Assembly: GCA_964591175.1 (NCBI GenBank)
Contig: CAZQAF010000009.1
Span: 7,619-71,618, forward strand
Length of the DNA: 64,000 nt
From: an uncultured Desulfobacteraceae bacterium
GTDB taxonomy: Bacteria > Desulfobacterota > Desulfobacteria > Desulfobacterales > UBA11574
Direction: 5' to 3'
Made by a program: the position numbers and the translations under genes. Shown one piece after another: positions 56,341-64,000 of this stretch (positions are counted from its first letter, which is position 1; every line of letters begins with the position of its first letter). Below the pieces are notes generated by a model, which was not told the DNA's origin, did not search any database, and worked only from the letters and a program-made list of their open reading frames with translations.

Positions 56341-58578
56341 ATGGCCAAACCAATACCTATGAAACGTGATACCTCGACAAGTTCCAGGAGATCGAGCTTA
56401 AAATCGACGATTATGGATCAATCCGGGGCCGGGAAAACCAAGATCGGCGAACTTTTATGTAAAGAAGGCTACATCACCGGTACCCATCTCGAAGACGCGC
56501 TGAACTATCAGAAAAAAAATAACGGACGTTTGGGTCATATCCTTATCAAACTCGGATACATTGATGATGAGACCATTGTAAATGTTCTGAGCCGTATCCA
56601 CAACTATCCAGCCGTTAAAATATCCAACACAACTCCGGAGCCGGAAGTTTTAAAAATCATGCCGTATGAAACGGCCAAAAAGTACATGGCTTTTCCTCTG
56701 AGATTTAAAGGAGAAGAGCTTGTCGTTACAATGGCGGAACCTACGGATACTACCGCACTGGATAGTTTGCAGAACGAGGTCCATAAAAGTATCAGTGTTT
56801 GTGTCTCTACCGAAAAAGATATTGTCGATGCCTATAAATCCCACTATGAAGTAAGTGATGAAGAATATAATAGCTTCTTCGGCATAAAAGATGATGTTAG
56901 TGAGGAAGAACAGACGGTTTCAGTCGTCGACGACTTCGGTTCGCTGGTTTCCGAAGCCGTGGTTGATATGGAACTGGTAGGAGATGAGGATGAAAAGGGC
57001 GTTGTCGATGAGTATACGGCTTCTGATGCGCCGATTATCAAACTGGTGAACGGTATTCTCGTTAAGGCGATTAATGAGGGGGTCAGCGATATTCATATCG
57101 AACCCTTTGAAAAAATGCTCCAGGTGAGATATCGTCTGGATGGATACTTGTTTAAATCCATGAACCTGCCGACCAGCATCAAAAATGCGGTAAATTCCAG
57201 GTTGAAAATTTTAGCCGGACTCAATATCGCCGAGCGTCGTGTGCCCCAGGACGGCAGAATCAAGATGGCTTTTGGTAAAAGAAAAACCATTGATTTTCGT
57301 GTGTCGACATTGCCGACCCTGTTTGGTGAAAGCATCGTCATGCGTGTTCTCGACCAGTCATCGCTGAGAGTAGATCTTACTCAGATGGGTCTGGATGTTG
57401 AAGCATTAAAATCACTTGAACGGTGCGTATATCGTCCCTATGGACTGCTGCTTGTTACCGGTCCGACAGGCAGTGGTAAAACAACGACATTGTACTCGAT
57501 TCTGAATAAGCTGAATAAAGAAGACTGCAAAATACTGACCGTGGAAGATCCCGTGGAATTCAACTTCAAGGGAATCAATCAAGTCCATGTCAAGGATGAA
57601 GTGGGCATGACGTTTGCCGCCGCTCTGAGATCGTTTTTGCGGCAGGATCCGGATATCATCATGGTGGGTGAAATTCGAGACCACGAAACAGCGGAGATTG
57701 CCATCAAAGCGGCCATGACAGGACATCTCGTCTTCAGCACCTTACACACCAATGACTGTCCCTCTACAATAGGGCGTATGGTAGATATCGGCATACCGTC
57801 TTATCTTTTGGCTTCCGCGGTGACGATGGTCCTTTCCCAACGATTGGTTCGAAGGCTTTGCCCGCAATGCAAGACTTTGGAGCAAAGTCTCAATCCGGCG
57901 GAACTTGTGGAATTGGGATTTTCTCCCCACGAAATTTCGGATCTTAAAATATACGGTCCCAAAGGCTGCCCGGAATGCATGGGATCGGGTTATAGGGGCC
58001 GAGTGGGTTTATTTGAACTGATGGAAGTTACGGAGAATGTCGCCAATATCATCAGCGCCAATGTTACGGAGGATCAATTGAGGAAGGCGGCGCTGCAGGA
58101 AGGCATGATGACCTTAAGGGAAGCGGGTTTGGAAAAAATTCGCCAGGGACTGACCTCGGTCGAAGAAGTTTTGAGAAGAACCAATTTAACCAAGGGCGCC
58201 ATTCCTGCATACATTGCCAGTCCGGAAGTTGAGGAATATGACAGTAAAGCTGTAATTTTCCGGGAAGGGAATAGAGGGGCTGATTTTTTTAAGCTGGTCA
58301 AAGGTGAGCTGGTTGTCGTAAGAGAAGGGAAAAAAATTGCCGAAATCGTTCAACCCGGTGACTATTTTGGAGAAGTTGCCGCCATAACCGGAAAAGAAAG
58401 ATCAGAGACCGTGATTTCAAGGGGAAAGTCCATTGTCGAGCGGTACCCCGGCGACAAATTGAATGAAATTGTCGACAAATATCCTAAAATTACCTCAAAG
58501 ATACTTGAACAAATGGCCGGCCGTATAGATGCCTCAACAAAAATCATTGTCAACCTAATGAATCAACAAGTACGATGA
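56341..58578 (+). CDS. pilB: PilB/GspE-family assembly ATPase with N-terminal MshEN and C-terminal cNMP-binding domains
   Basis: AERRVPQDGR, GPTGSGKTT, LRQDPDIIMVGEIRD, HLVFSTLHTND, CPQC/CPEC; C-terminal IFREG...YFGEVAAI...RSETV. Confidence 0.9.
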   Translation: MAKPIPMKRDTSTSSRRSSLKSTIMDQSGAGKTKIGELLCKEGYITGTHLEDALNYQKKNNGRLGHILIKLGYIDDETIVNVLSRIHNYPAVKISNTTPEPEVLKIMPYETAKKYMAFPLRFKGEELVVTMAEPTDTTALDSLQNEVHKSISVCVSTEKDIVDAYKSHYEVSDEEYNSFFGIKDDVSEEEQTVSVVDDFGSLVSEAVVDMELVGDEDEKGVVDEYTASDAPIIKLVNGILVKAINEGVSDIHIEPFEKMLQVRYRLDGYLFKSMNLPTSIKNAVNSRLKILAGLNIAERRVPQDGRIKMAFGKRKTIDFRVSTLPTLFGESIVMRVLDQSSLRVDLTQMGLDVEALKSLERCVYRPYGLLLVTGPTGSGKTTTLYSILNKLNKEDCKILTVEDPVEFNFKGINQVHVKDEVGMTFAAALRSFLRQDPDIIMVGEIRDHETAEIAIKAAMTGHLVFSTLHTNDCPSTIGRMVDIGIPSYLLASAVTMVLSQRLVRRLCPQCKTLEQSLNPAELVELGFSPHEISDLKIYGPKGCPECMGSGYRGRVGLFELMEVTENVANIISANVTEDQLRKAALQEGMMTLREAGLEKIRQGLTSVEEVLRRTNLTKGAIPAYIASPEVEEYDSKAVIFREGNRGADFFKLVKGELVVVREGKKIAEIVQPGDYFGEVAAITGKERSETVISRGKSIVERYPGDKLNEIVDKYPKITSKILEQMAGRIDASTKIIVNLMNQQVR

Positions 58579-59660
58579 AAATAGACTGTCCAGTTTGCCA
58601 GAAGGCGTATAAAATTCCAGACGATAAACTCCCGTTCGGTAAAAAATTTTCAGTGCAGTGTTCGTCTTGTAAAAAAAAGATTGTCATCGATTTGCGCGCT
58701 ATAGCAAAACCGAATAAACCGGATAAATCGAAACCGGTCCCTGACGCCAAGAAAAAAACACCGATCGCCCCGCCTGCTCCTGATGCGTCTTTCGGGAAAA
58801 AACAACCCTCCGGCATGACATTGAAATACGGCATCCTTCGAACCATGGACGATTTGCCGGCAATGCCGCACGTGGTTCAAAAAGCGCAGGAAATCATGGC
58901 AAGATCTGATTCAAACGTCAAGGAGCTTGCCAAGATCATTGAAATAGAACAGGCTATCTCGACCCGGGTATTGAAAATGGCCAATTCAGCATATTACGGT
59001 TTGAGCGGGAAAGTTTCTTCCGTTCATCATGCCTCGGTGCTGCTTGGGTTTAAAACGCTTGGAGAACTGGTTTCAGTTGCCGGCATTTCAAATCTGATGA
59101 GCAAGGATTTGAGCGGATACGGACTCGATTCCGGGGATCTCTGGCGTCATTCCATTGCTGTTGCTTTTGGATCAAGAATCATTGCAAATCGAAAGGATGC
59201 TGATTTCGGGAACCAGGCCTTTTTTGCCGGTCTTATTCATGATGCCGGCAAGCTGGTCCTCAATCCATATGTTTATGAAAGAAAAGATGCTTTTGATGAA
59301 TTCATGGCGAACGGTGGCCAGACTTATTTAGTTGCCGAAAAAACGATTCTTGGATTCGATCACTCTGAAATCGCCTTTGAGTTATGCCAGAAATGGAAAA
59401 TTCCTACTGACCAAAGCCAAGCCATAAAGTACCATCATACGCCTTCGCGATCAGACGGCAATGAACTGGCTTTTATCCTTCACATAGCGGATTACATTGC
59501 CATGATAAATGGTTATCATTCGGAAACAGACGGTGCGGATTATCCGGCGGAGGATGGGGCCATGGATTTTTTAGATCTTAGAGAAGAAGATGTCGAAAAT
59601 ATAAAGAATGACGTTCATGAATCCGTAGAAAAGATCTTGCAAGAGGTGCATGCCGATTAA
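58575..59660 (+). CDS. Zinc-ribbon and HDOD domain protein
   Basis: CPVC..CSSC N-terminus; LPAMP, VLKMANSAYYG, LWRHS, GLIHDAGKL, GFDHSEIA; ATGA overlap with pilB. Confidence 0.92.
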   Translation: MKIDCPVCQKAYKIPDDKLPFGKKFSVQCSSCKKKIVIDLRAIAKPNKPDKSKPVPDAKKKTPIAPPAPDASFGKKQPSGMTLKYGILRTMDDLPAMPHVVQKAQEIMARSDSNVKELAKIIEIEQAISTRVLKMANSAYYGLSGKVSSVHHASVLLGFKTLGELVSVAGISNLMSKDLSGYGLDSGDLWRHSIAVAFGSRIIANRKDADFGNQAFFAGLIHDAGKLVLNPYVYERKDAFDEFMANGGQTYLVAEKTILGFDHSEIAFELCQKWKIPTDQSQAIKYHHTPSRSDGNELAFILHIADYIAMINGYHSETDGADYPAEDGAMDFLDLREEDVENIKNDVHESVEKILQEVHAD

Positions 59661-59779
59661 TCTGAAAGACCAAGCATTCTTCGCAGCTTTGATCTTTCAG
59701 TCATCAATCGATATTTCCCGGAATATGAGAAGCCGATTCGCGACATGCTGGAATAGCTATATTAAATGATTTTCGGATA

Positions 59780-60238
59780 TTAGTTTTTCAAATAAAATCC
59801 CAAATCTTTTTCGAGCGATTTCGGATTGTCAAACTGTGCGCCGATATTGCGATCGATGATCCATTTTATTTTGACGATTGTTCGGATTTGCGTTTTCTGT
59901 GGATTGTCCAGAATAAACTTCAATTCAAGGATATCTTTTCTGGAAATCTGGTGTGGTTTAAGACTGGCAAATCGGATTCCGGTTGCTGAAATGTCTTCGA
60001 TAAAGATCTCTCCTGTTTCATCCTTTCCCTGAACAAAGTATTCACCGGCCAGCCGGACATTTTTGCGGTAATACTTTCTGAAATCCAAGGTGAACCGGAA
60101 AACCTCGCCACATTTACATTTGGCTTTCAGCCGCTTTGACGTATCCTTAAATTTAAATACATTTTTAATTGTTTGGAATCCGCATTTGGGACAGCTTAAC
60201 TTTACCTGGTTGGTATAGTCTACATAAATTTTTTTCAT
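59780..60238 (-). CDS. Zinc-ribbon and PilZ domain protein
   Basis: CPKC..CKC N-terminus; RKYYR (RxxxR) and DISATG motifs. Confidence 0.85.
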   Translation of the reverse strand: MKKIYVDYTNQVKLSCPKCGFQTIKNVFKFKDTSKRLKAKCKCGEVFRFTLDFRKYYRKNVRLAGEYFVQGKDETGEIFIEDISATGIRFASLKPHQISRKDILELKFILDNPQKTQIRTIVKIKWIIDRNIGAQFDNPKSLEKDLGFYLKN

Positions 60239-60545
60239 CTATTTCCTCGTTAATCAACATAAACGCAAGACCCACCCCTATAGGAAATGAGGTCTTTATC
60301 GATCGATAGCCGGATTTTCAGCTTCTTTTTGAGGGTCATTATCAATATGGGCCCCATGTGTTTTCATGCCGTAATGATGAATTATAATATTCTTATGTTT
60401 TTAAATCAATATAAAAGGATGATGAAATATTTATGTAAATAAAAAAATCGGGACACAAGCATTTGAATAAGTTTTGCTTTTTTGATGACATGATTAAATC
60501 CGGATGGGGGCTTTGAGAAATAATTTAAAATATGCGTTAAAGAAA

Positions 60546-62063
60546 TTAATGATCAATGTTTTCATAATAACCGATGGCACCCTTGCTGATCTTTTTGATT
60601 GAAAACAACGCTTGATCGGCTGCGTCTAAAAGGGAATCGGTATCGACAGCATGTTCGGGAAAAGTGGCGATTCCACAACTGGCTTGAAGCCGTACTGCTT
60701 TACCTTTACTGCGAAGATAAACCGACGTTTTTATCTGATATTGAATTTGTGATGCTTTGCTTGCAGCTTGGTGCTGGTTAGACCCTGGAAGAACCACGAC
60801 AAATTCATCACCGGCATAAGCGACGGCATAGGCCGGTGATTCAAGGGTACCTCGGATAGTGGCAGCAACTTCCTGAATCACGTAGCTGCCGTTTAAATGG
60901 CCATGGGCATCCACCACCTCCTTGAAATTGTCCAGATCCATGAAAAGAAGCGATAACGGGGTTTGTTGGTTTTTGGCGGCTTGGATCAATCCGGTCAAAG
61001 ACTGATAAAGAAATCGCCGGTTATAGAGGGAGGTTAAATTGTCTCTTAGCGACTGATCACGAAATTTGCGTTCGCTGGTCCGTAATGCTTCTTCGGCTTC
61101 TTTTCGCAGGGTAATATCCACCAAAGAAATTACGATCCTCGATAATGTATCTTCATGACCTGCAAGCACCAGGGCTCGAATAAGGACGATTTTCCGGTTT
61201 CCTTTTAACGTTTGAATCGTTAGTTCTCTTTCGCGTCGAATAGATCCCTGGGCCACCATCAGAATAATTTCTTCCGCCAATTGTTGGAATTCGTCGCCCA
61301 GCGCCGCCATGGGAAAATTACCCATAAAAACGTCTTTATTCGCAGCCTCCAGAAGTTCACAAAAAGCAGCATTGCAGTCAACTGTTTTAATAAGCGACAT
61401 ACAGTGCGGCACTTCTTCGGGATGCTGCTGCAGGTACTGCTTTAAATTTAAATCATCCGATTGATGAAGCTGTGCAATATAGACCTTGAGTTCAGAGGCA
61501 TCCCGTTCTATCATGGCAATTGGTGCGGACTGGAATAACAAGCGATATCGCTCTTCGCTTTGTTCGGCGGCCGCCTGGGCCAGTTTCAGGTTTGTAGCGT
61601 TTTCCACAAATGCCAAAACACCCGATGCATCACCTGCAGCATCTATGACAGGACTGATGTGAAAGCGCAACGCCAAACAATTCCCGTCATCGTTAATGCA
61701 GGAATAATCGCGAATAACGGATTGTCTGGTTTGCCAGCATCGGCGAATATCCTCACTAACGCCTGAATCAACCAGCGGTTGAAACTCAAAAATGTTCATC
61801 GATTCAGGATGTTGATCGGCAAGCCAAGGGAGCATCTTTTGTATTTTGCTATTCAGCCCGGTGATGTCCCCTTTCAGGTCAGCCGTGAAGATGCCGAACG
61901 GCGCACTCTCACCAAACAGCTGGTTCCTCTCTTCAATTGCCTTCAAGGCGGCTTCCGCCCGCTGGCAACGTTTTTGGAGTGCTTCCATTTCTGCCTTTTG
62001 GCCGTGCAATTCACTCGGTTCTGTTAGCAGATCATTCTGTGAACTTGATATAATTTCTGCCAT
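60546..62063 (-). CDS. PAS-PAS-GGDEF (AGDEF variant) diguanylate cyclase
   Basis: Two PAS-like blocks; DNLTSLYNRR, DLDNFKEVVDAHGHLNGS, YAGDEF. Confidence 0.88.
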   Translation of the reverse strand: MAEIISSSQNDLLTEPSELHGQKAEMEALQKRCQRAEAALKAIEERNQLFGESAPFGIFTADLKGDITGLNSKIQKMLPWLADQHPESMNIFEFQPLVDSGVSEDIRRCWQTRQSVIRDYSCINDDGNCLALRFHISPVIDAAGDASGVLAFVENATNLKLAQAAAEQSEERYRLLFQSAPIAMIERDASELKVYIAQLHQSDDLNLKQYLQQHPEEVPHCMSLIKTVDCNAAFCELLEAANKDVFMGNFPMAALGDEFQQLAEEIILMVAQGSIRRERELTIQTLKGNRKIVLIRALVLAGHEDTLSRIVISLVDITLRKEAEEALRTSERKFRDQSLRDNLTSLYNRRFLYQSLTGLIQAAKNQQTPLSLLFMDLDNFKEVVDAHGHLNGSYVIQEVAATIRGTLESPAYAVAYAGDEFVVVLPGSNQHQAASKASQIQYQIKTSVYLRSKGKAVRLQASCGIATFPEHAVDTDSLLDAADQALFSIKKISKGAIGYYENIDH

Positions 62064-62151
62064 TGTTCCAAACCTTTAAAATTTAAGACCTGCAAAAAAT
62101 CATGCTGTCTTGATATGTATGCGAGAATAAAATCGTTAGACGATTTTATCT

Positions 62152-62922
62152 TTAATTTTTCAGTTTATCCGAAAGGAATTCCTGAAAACGTTTCCAGGAT
62201 TTTCTGTTCGCATTTTCTTGATAGCGGGTTGAACCAAAAACAGTAAAACCATGGTGCGCGCCACCGTAGGTTATCATTTCGTGTGCAACACCGGCTGATT
62301 CCAATTCTTTCGCCAAATCAGCGAACTGGTCCATGGTAATGTTCGTATCCGCCGAACCATGCATGATCAAAATTTCGCCTTTAGTCTTGGTATAATCTTG
62401 TCCTTCCGGTGTCTTCAGTCCGCCGTGAAACGTCGCAAAGCCCTTAAGATCCGCCCCTGATCTTGCCAATTCAAGCACTGCCGCACCGCCGAAACAATAC
62501 CCCATCGCCACGGCATTTTTGATATCAGCGCCTCTTTCTTTTGCCGCATCCAAGGCGCCGTTCATCAATGCGCGCATTTTTCCCCTGTCTTTATAGAGTT
62601 CTCCGGTATGCTGGCGTTTGTCCGTCACAGTGGTGGGCCGTACGCCTTTACCGAACAGATCCGCGGCAAAGACAGCATAGCCCAATCCAGCGAGCATGTC
62701 AGCGCGCCTGATTTCGTAACCGGTAAGCCCATCCCAATCATGAATCAGTAAGACGAAGGGTGCCTGTTTAGAAGGCGCAATGTAATATCCTTCATAAGAT
62801 TGCCCATTAACCTGATACGTCACCAAAGCACCTTTGGCGCCAAATGCAGCAGCCGGCATCGTCAAAAACAAAGCCAGTGAGGCCGCGAAAAATAATTTAG
62901 GAATGAGTTTCAATGTGTTCAT
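62152..62922 (-). CDS. Exported dienelactone hydrolase family protein
   Basis: Signal peptide; IHDWDG, GYCFGG nucleophile motif, FHGGL, YGGAHHGF; start placed at the ATG at 62922. Confidence 0.92.
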   Translation of the reverse strand: MNTLKLIPKLFFAASLALFLTMPAAAFGAKGALVTYQVNGQSYEGYYIAPSKQAPFVLLIHDWDGLTGYEIRRADMLAGLGYAVFAADLFGKGVRPTTVTDKRQHTGELYKDRGKMRALMNGALDAAKERGADIKNAVAMGYCFGGAAVLELARSGADLKGFATFHGGLKTPEGQDYTKTKGEILIMHGSADTNITMDQFADLAKELESAGVAHEMITYGGAHHGFTVFGSTRYQENANRKSWKRFQEFLSDKLKN

Positions 62923-63274
62923 TTTTATTACGCCTTTTGTTATTTGTCTATAAAGAAAGTTAACTTCGCATTGCAGATAGCCATAGAAATAACAAACGAA
63001 GTATCCGAACGCATACCTATGCTTGCGTGGTCTCCGAAACAAATTCGAATCCGACTGAATGTTATCTGTAAGTCAGTGGAAGATTCGGCATGGTTTTCGG
63101 AACCTCGGTTATCGCGTACCGGAAGGTGTTTTAGAAAATATTTGCGAAATATGACCGAAATAATACTGCAGCTATTTAATTTGAGAGGTGAAATTTGAAC
63201 ACTTAAGAGCACATGGCTGCCTATTTATTATCAATAACGACACATTGTGGTGCTGTCAACATTGATTTTAGAAA

Positions 63275-63325
63275 AACTACAACCCAAAAGGCCGGATTTT
63301 TAATCCGGCCTTTTGGGTTGTAGTT
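63275..63325. terminator. Perfect 24-bp hairpin at the 3' end of tRNA-Pro
   Basis: AACTACAACCCAAAAGGCCGGATT-TTT-AATCCGGCCTTTTGGGTTGTAGTT. Confidence 0.75.
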
Positions 63326-63401
63326 GGTCGGGACGGCGCGATTTGAACGCGCGACCCCAGCGTCCCGAACGCTGTGCTCTACCAGGCTGAGCCACGTCCC
63401 G
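63325..63401 (-). tRNA. tRNA-Pro(CGG)
   Basis: CGGGACGTGGCTCAGCCTGGTAGAGCACAGCGTT-CGG-GACGCTGGGGTCGCGCGTTCAAATCGCGCCGTCCCGACCA; 77 nt, folds as a cloverleaf, encoded CCA. Confidence 0.97.
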
Positions 63402-63412
63402 ACTGATTTTTT

Positions 63413-63441
63413 CTTTTATGTGCTCATTCACAAAATGTCAA
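63413..63441 (-). promoter_or_regulatory. sigma70 promoter of tRNA-Pro
   Basis: TTGACA-N17-TAAAAG on the minus strand, 11 bp before the tRNA 5' end. Confidence 0.6.
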
Positions 63442-63587
63442 TAGTTTCCATACAGAAATGGCCCTTTTCCGCAATCTCTGCGTCAATTTACGGAATTAGT
63501 TGTGCGGCGCACCACTTGTACGCCTCCGCCTAATTCCTTGATTTTCTTAACCTTGCGAAAAATTGCCGATTTCTGCCTTGAAAACTA
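63442..63587. mobile_element. ~146-bp MITE-like element (E6)
   Basis: Imperfect termini TAGTTT..CAGAAAT / ATTTCTG..AAACTA; GCAATCTCTGCGT and CCTTG..AAAAAT blocks; central GCGGCG..CGCCTCCGC hairpin. Confidence 0.65.
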
Positions 63588-63673
63588 TTTTTAAAAATAT
63601 AAAGCAATATAATCCACTAAAAATAAAAGAAATTTCACTTCTTTAAAATTCATCATTCATTGGAACTAAACCC

Positions 63674-63817
63674 TGAGACCTTTGAAAAATGTTCAATTTT
63701 GTTCAAAGCCAAGGCAGATGAAAATTTTAACCACAGGAATATATTGAGTATTTCGAGGATTGAAATTTGAGTCTAACGCCGGAATTGGGCAAAAGAGGAC
63801 GTTTTTCAAAGGTCTCA
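63674..63817. mobile_element. 144-bp MITE-like element (E5) overlapping the purA stop codon
   Basis: Perfect 16-bp terminal inverted repeat TGAGACCTTTGAAAAA / TTTTTCAAAGGTCTCA; reverse-complement core closely matches E1. Confidence 0.75.
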
Positions 63818-64000
63818 CTTGAAGGGGTTATTGATGACTATCGTTTCCTCCCTTGCAGGTCCCACGGAAACAATATCGATGGGCGTCTCCGTGAGCTGTT
63901 GGATGCGGCTGAGGTACATTTTTGCATTTTCAGGAAGATCCTTAAATTTTCGAATACCGGATATATCCTCCTGCCATCCCGGCAAAACATCATAAACCGG
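63815..64000 (-). CDS. purA: Adenylosuccinate synthetase, 3' end (not in the ORF track)
   Basis: Manual translation: PVYDVLPGWQEDISGIRKFKDLPENAKMYLSRIQQLTETPIDIVSVGPAREETIVINNPFK-stop. Confidence 0.93.
   Translation of the reverse strand, partial: PVYDVLPGWQEDISGIRKFKDLPENAKMYLSRIQQLTETPIDIVSVGPAREETIVINNPFK

Noticed and set aside
353-62079. The many short antisense or alternate-frame ORFs in the supplied track
   Set aside because: They are shadows of well-supported genes, with no independent RBS or motifs.
62091-62107. sigma54-like site upstream of the PAS-GGDEF gene (minus strand CAGCATGATTTTTTGCA)
   Set aside because: The invariant GG at -24 is AG.
62940-63212. Two overlapping ORFs (84 aa plus strand, 90 aa minus strand) next to tRNA-Pro
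   Set aside because: No RBS or motif; cannot be supported as integrase remnants or genes.
63324-63533. 69-aa minus-strand ORF
   Set aside because: It is a translation of the tRNA-Pro gene and element E6.
1-64000. CRISPR array, rRNA, transposase, integrase, and selenocysteine or pyrrolysine readthrough
   Set aside because: No regularly spaced repeat-spacer array, rRNA-like segment or recombinase motif was seen. The recognisable conserved genes that end in TGA or TAG look complete at those stops.

Overview
Most of the window (1-50551) is a near-complete flagellar supercluster from an AT-rich deltaproteobacterium. Desulfobacterales-like is my inference from gene order and repeat style. Order: fliD(partial)-fliS-hyp-flaG; a c-di-GMP/receiver block (REC-SHOCT, REC-GAF-HD-GYP, convergent GGDEF, PilZ, cheY); two sigma54 activators flanking an AMIN-TPR gene; flgBC-fliEFGHIJ-motE/flgY-like; fliK-flgDE; motA-motB-motB-fliLMNOPQR-flhBAFG-fliA plus a five-gene accessory tail (second FliL, small hypothetical, FipA/DUF2802-like, FliK-like, FlhX); flgFGAHIJ-flgNKL-csrA-fliW. 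No flgM is present. After it come a lytic transglycosylase, a Zn-ribbon protein, an FGE-fold protein, a PilB-type ATPase with MshEN and cNMP domains, HDOD, PilZ, PAS-GGDEF, a dienelactone hydrolase, tRNA-Pro(CGG) and the 3' end of purA. Nine consensus sigma54 promoters, candidate sigma28 promoters and FleQ-box-like GTCA-N6-TGAC sites can be read directly. The most notable observations are: (1) the first of two tandem MotB paralogues lacks the essential ion-binding Asp; (2) a family of ~145-bp elements whose terminal inverted repeats differ between copies but stay self-complementary, sitting at stop codons and in 5' UTRs; (3) a pilus ATPase with both c-di-GMP- and cNMP-binding domains; (4) divergent sigma54 promoters for a cyclase and a PilZ receptor that appear to share one enhancer. 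All product calls come from visual motif recognition; no database searches were run.
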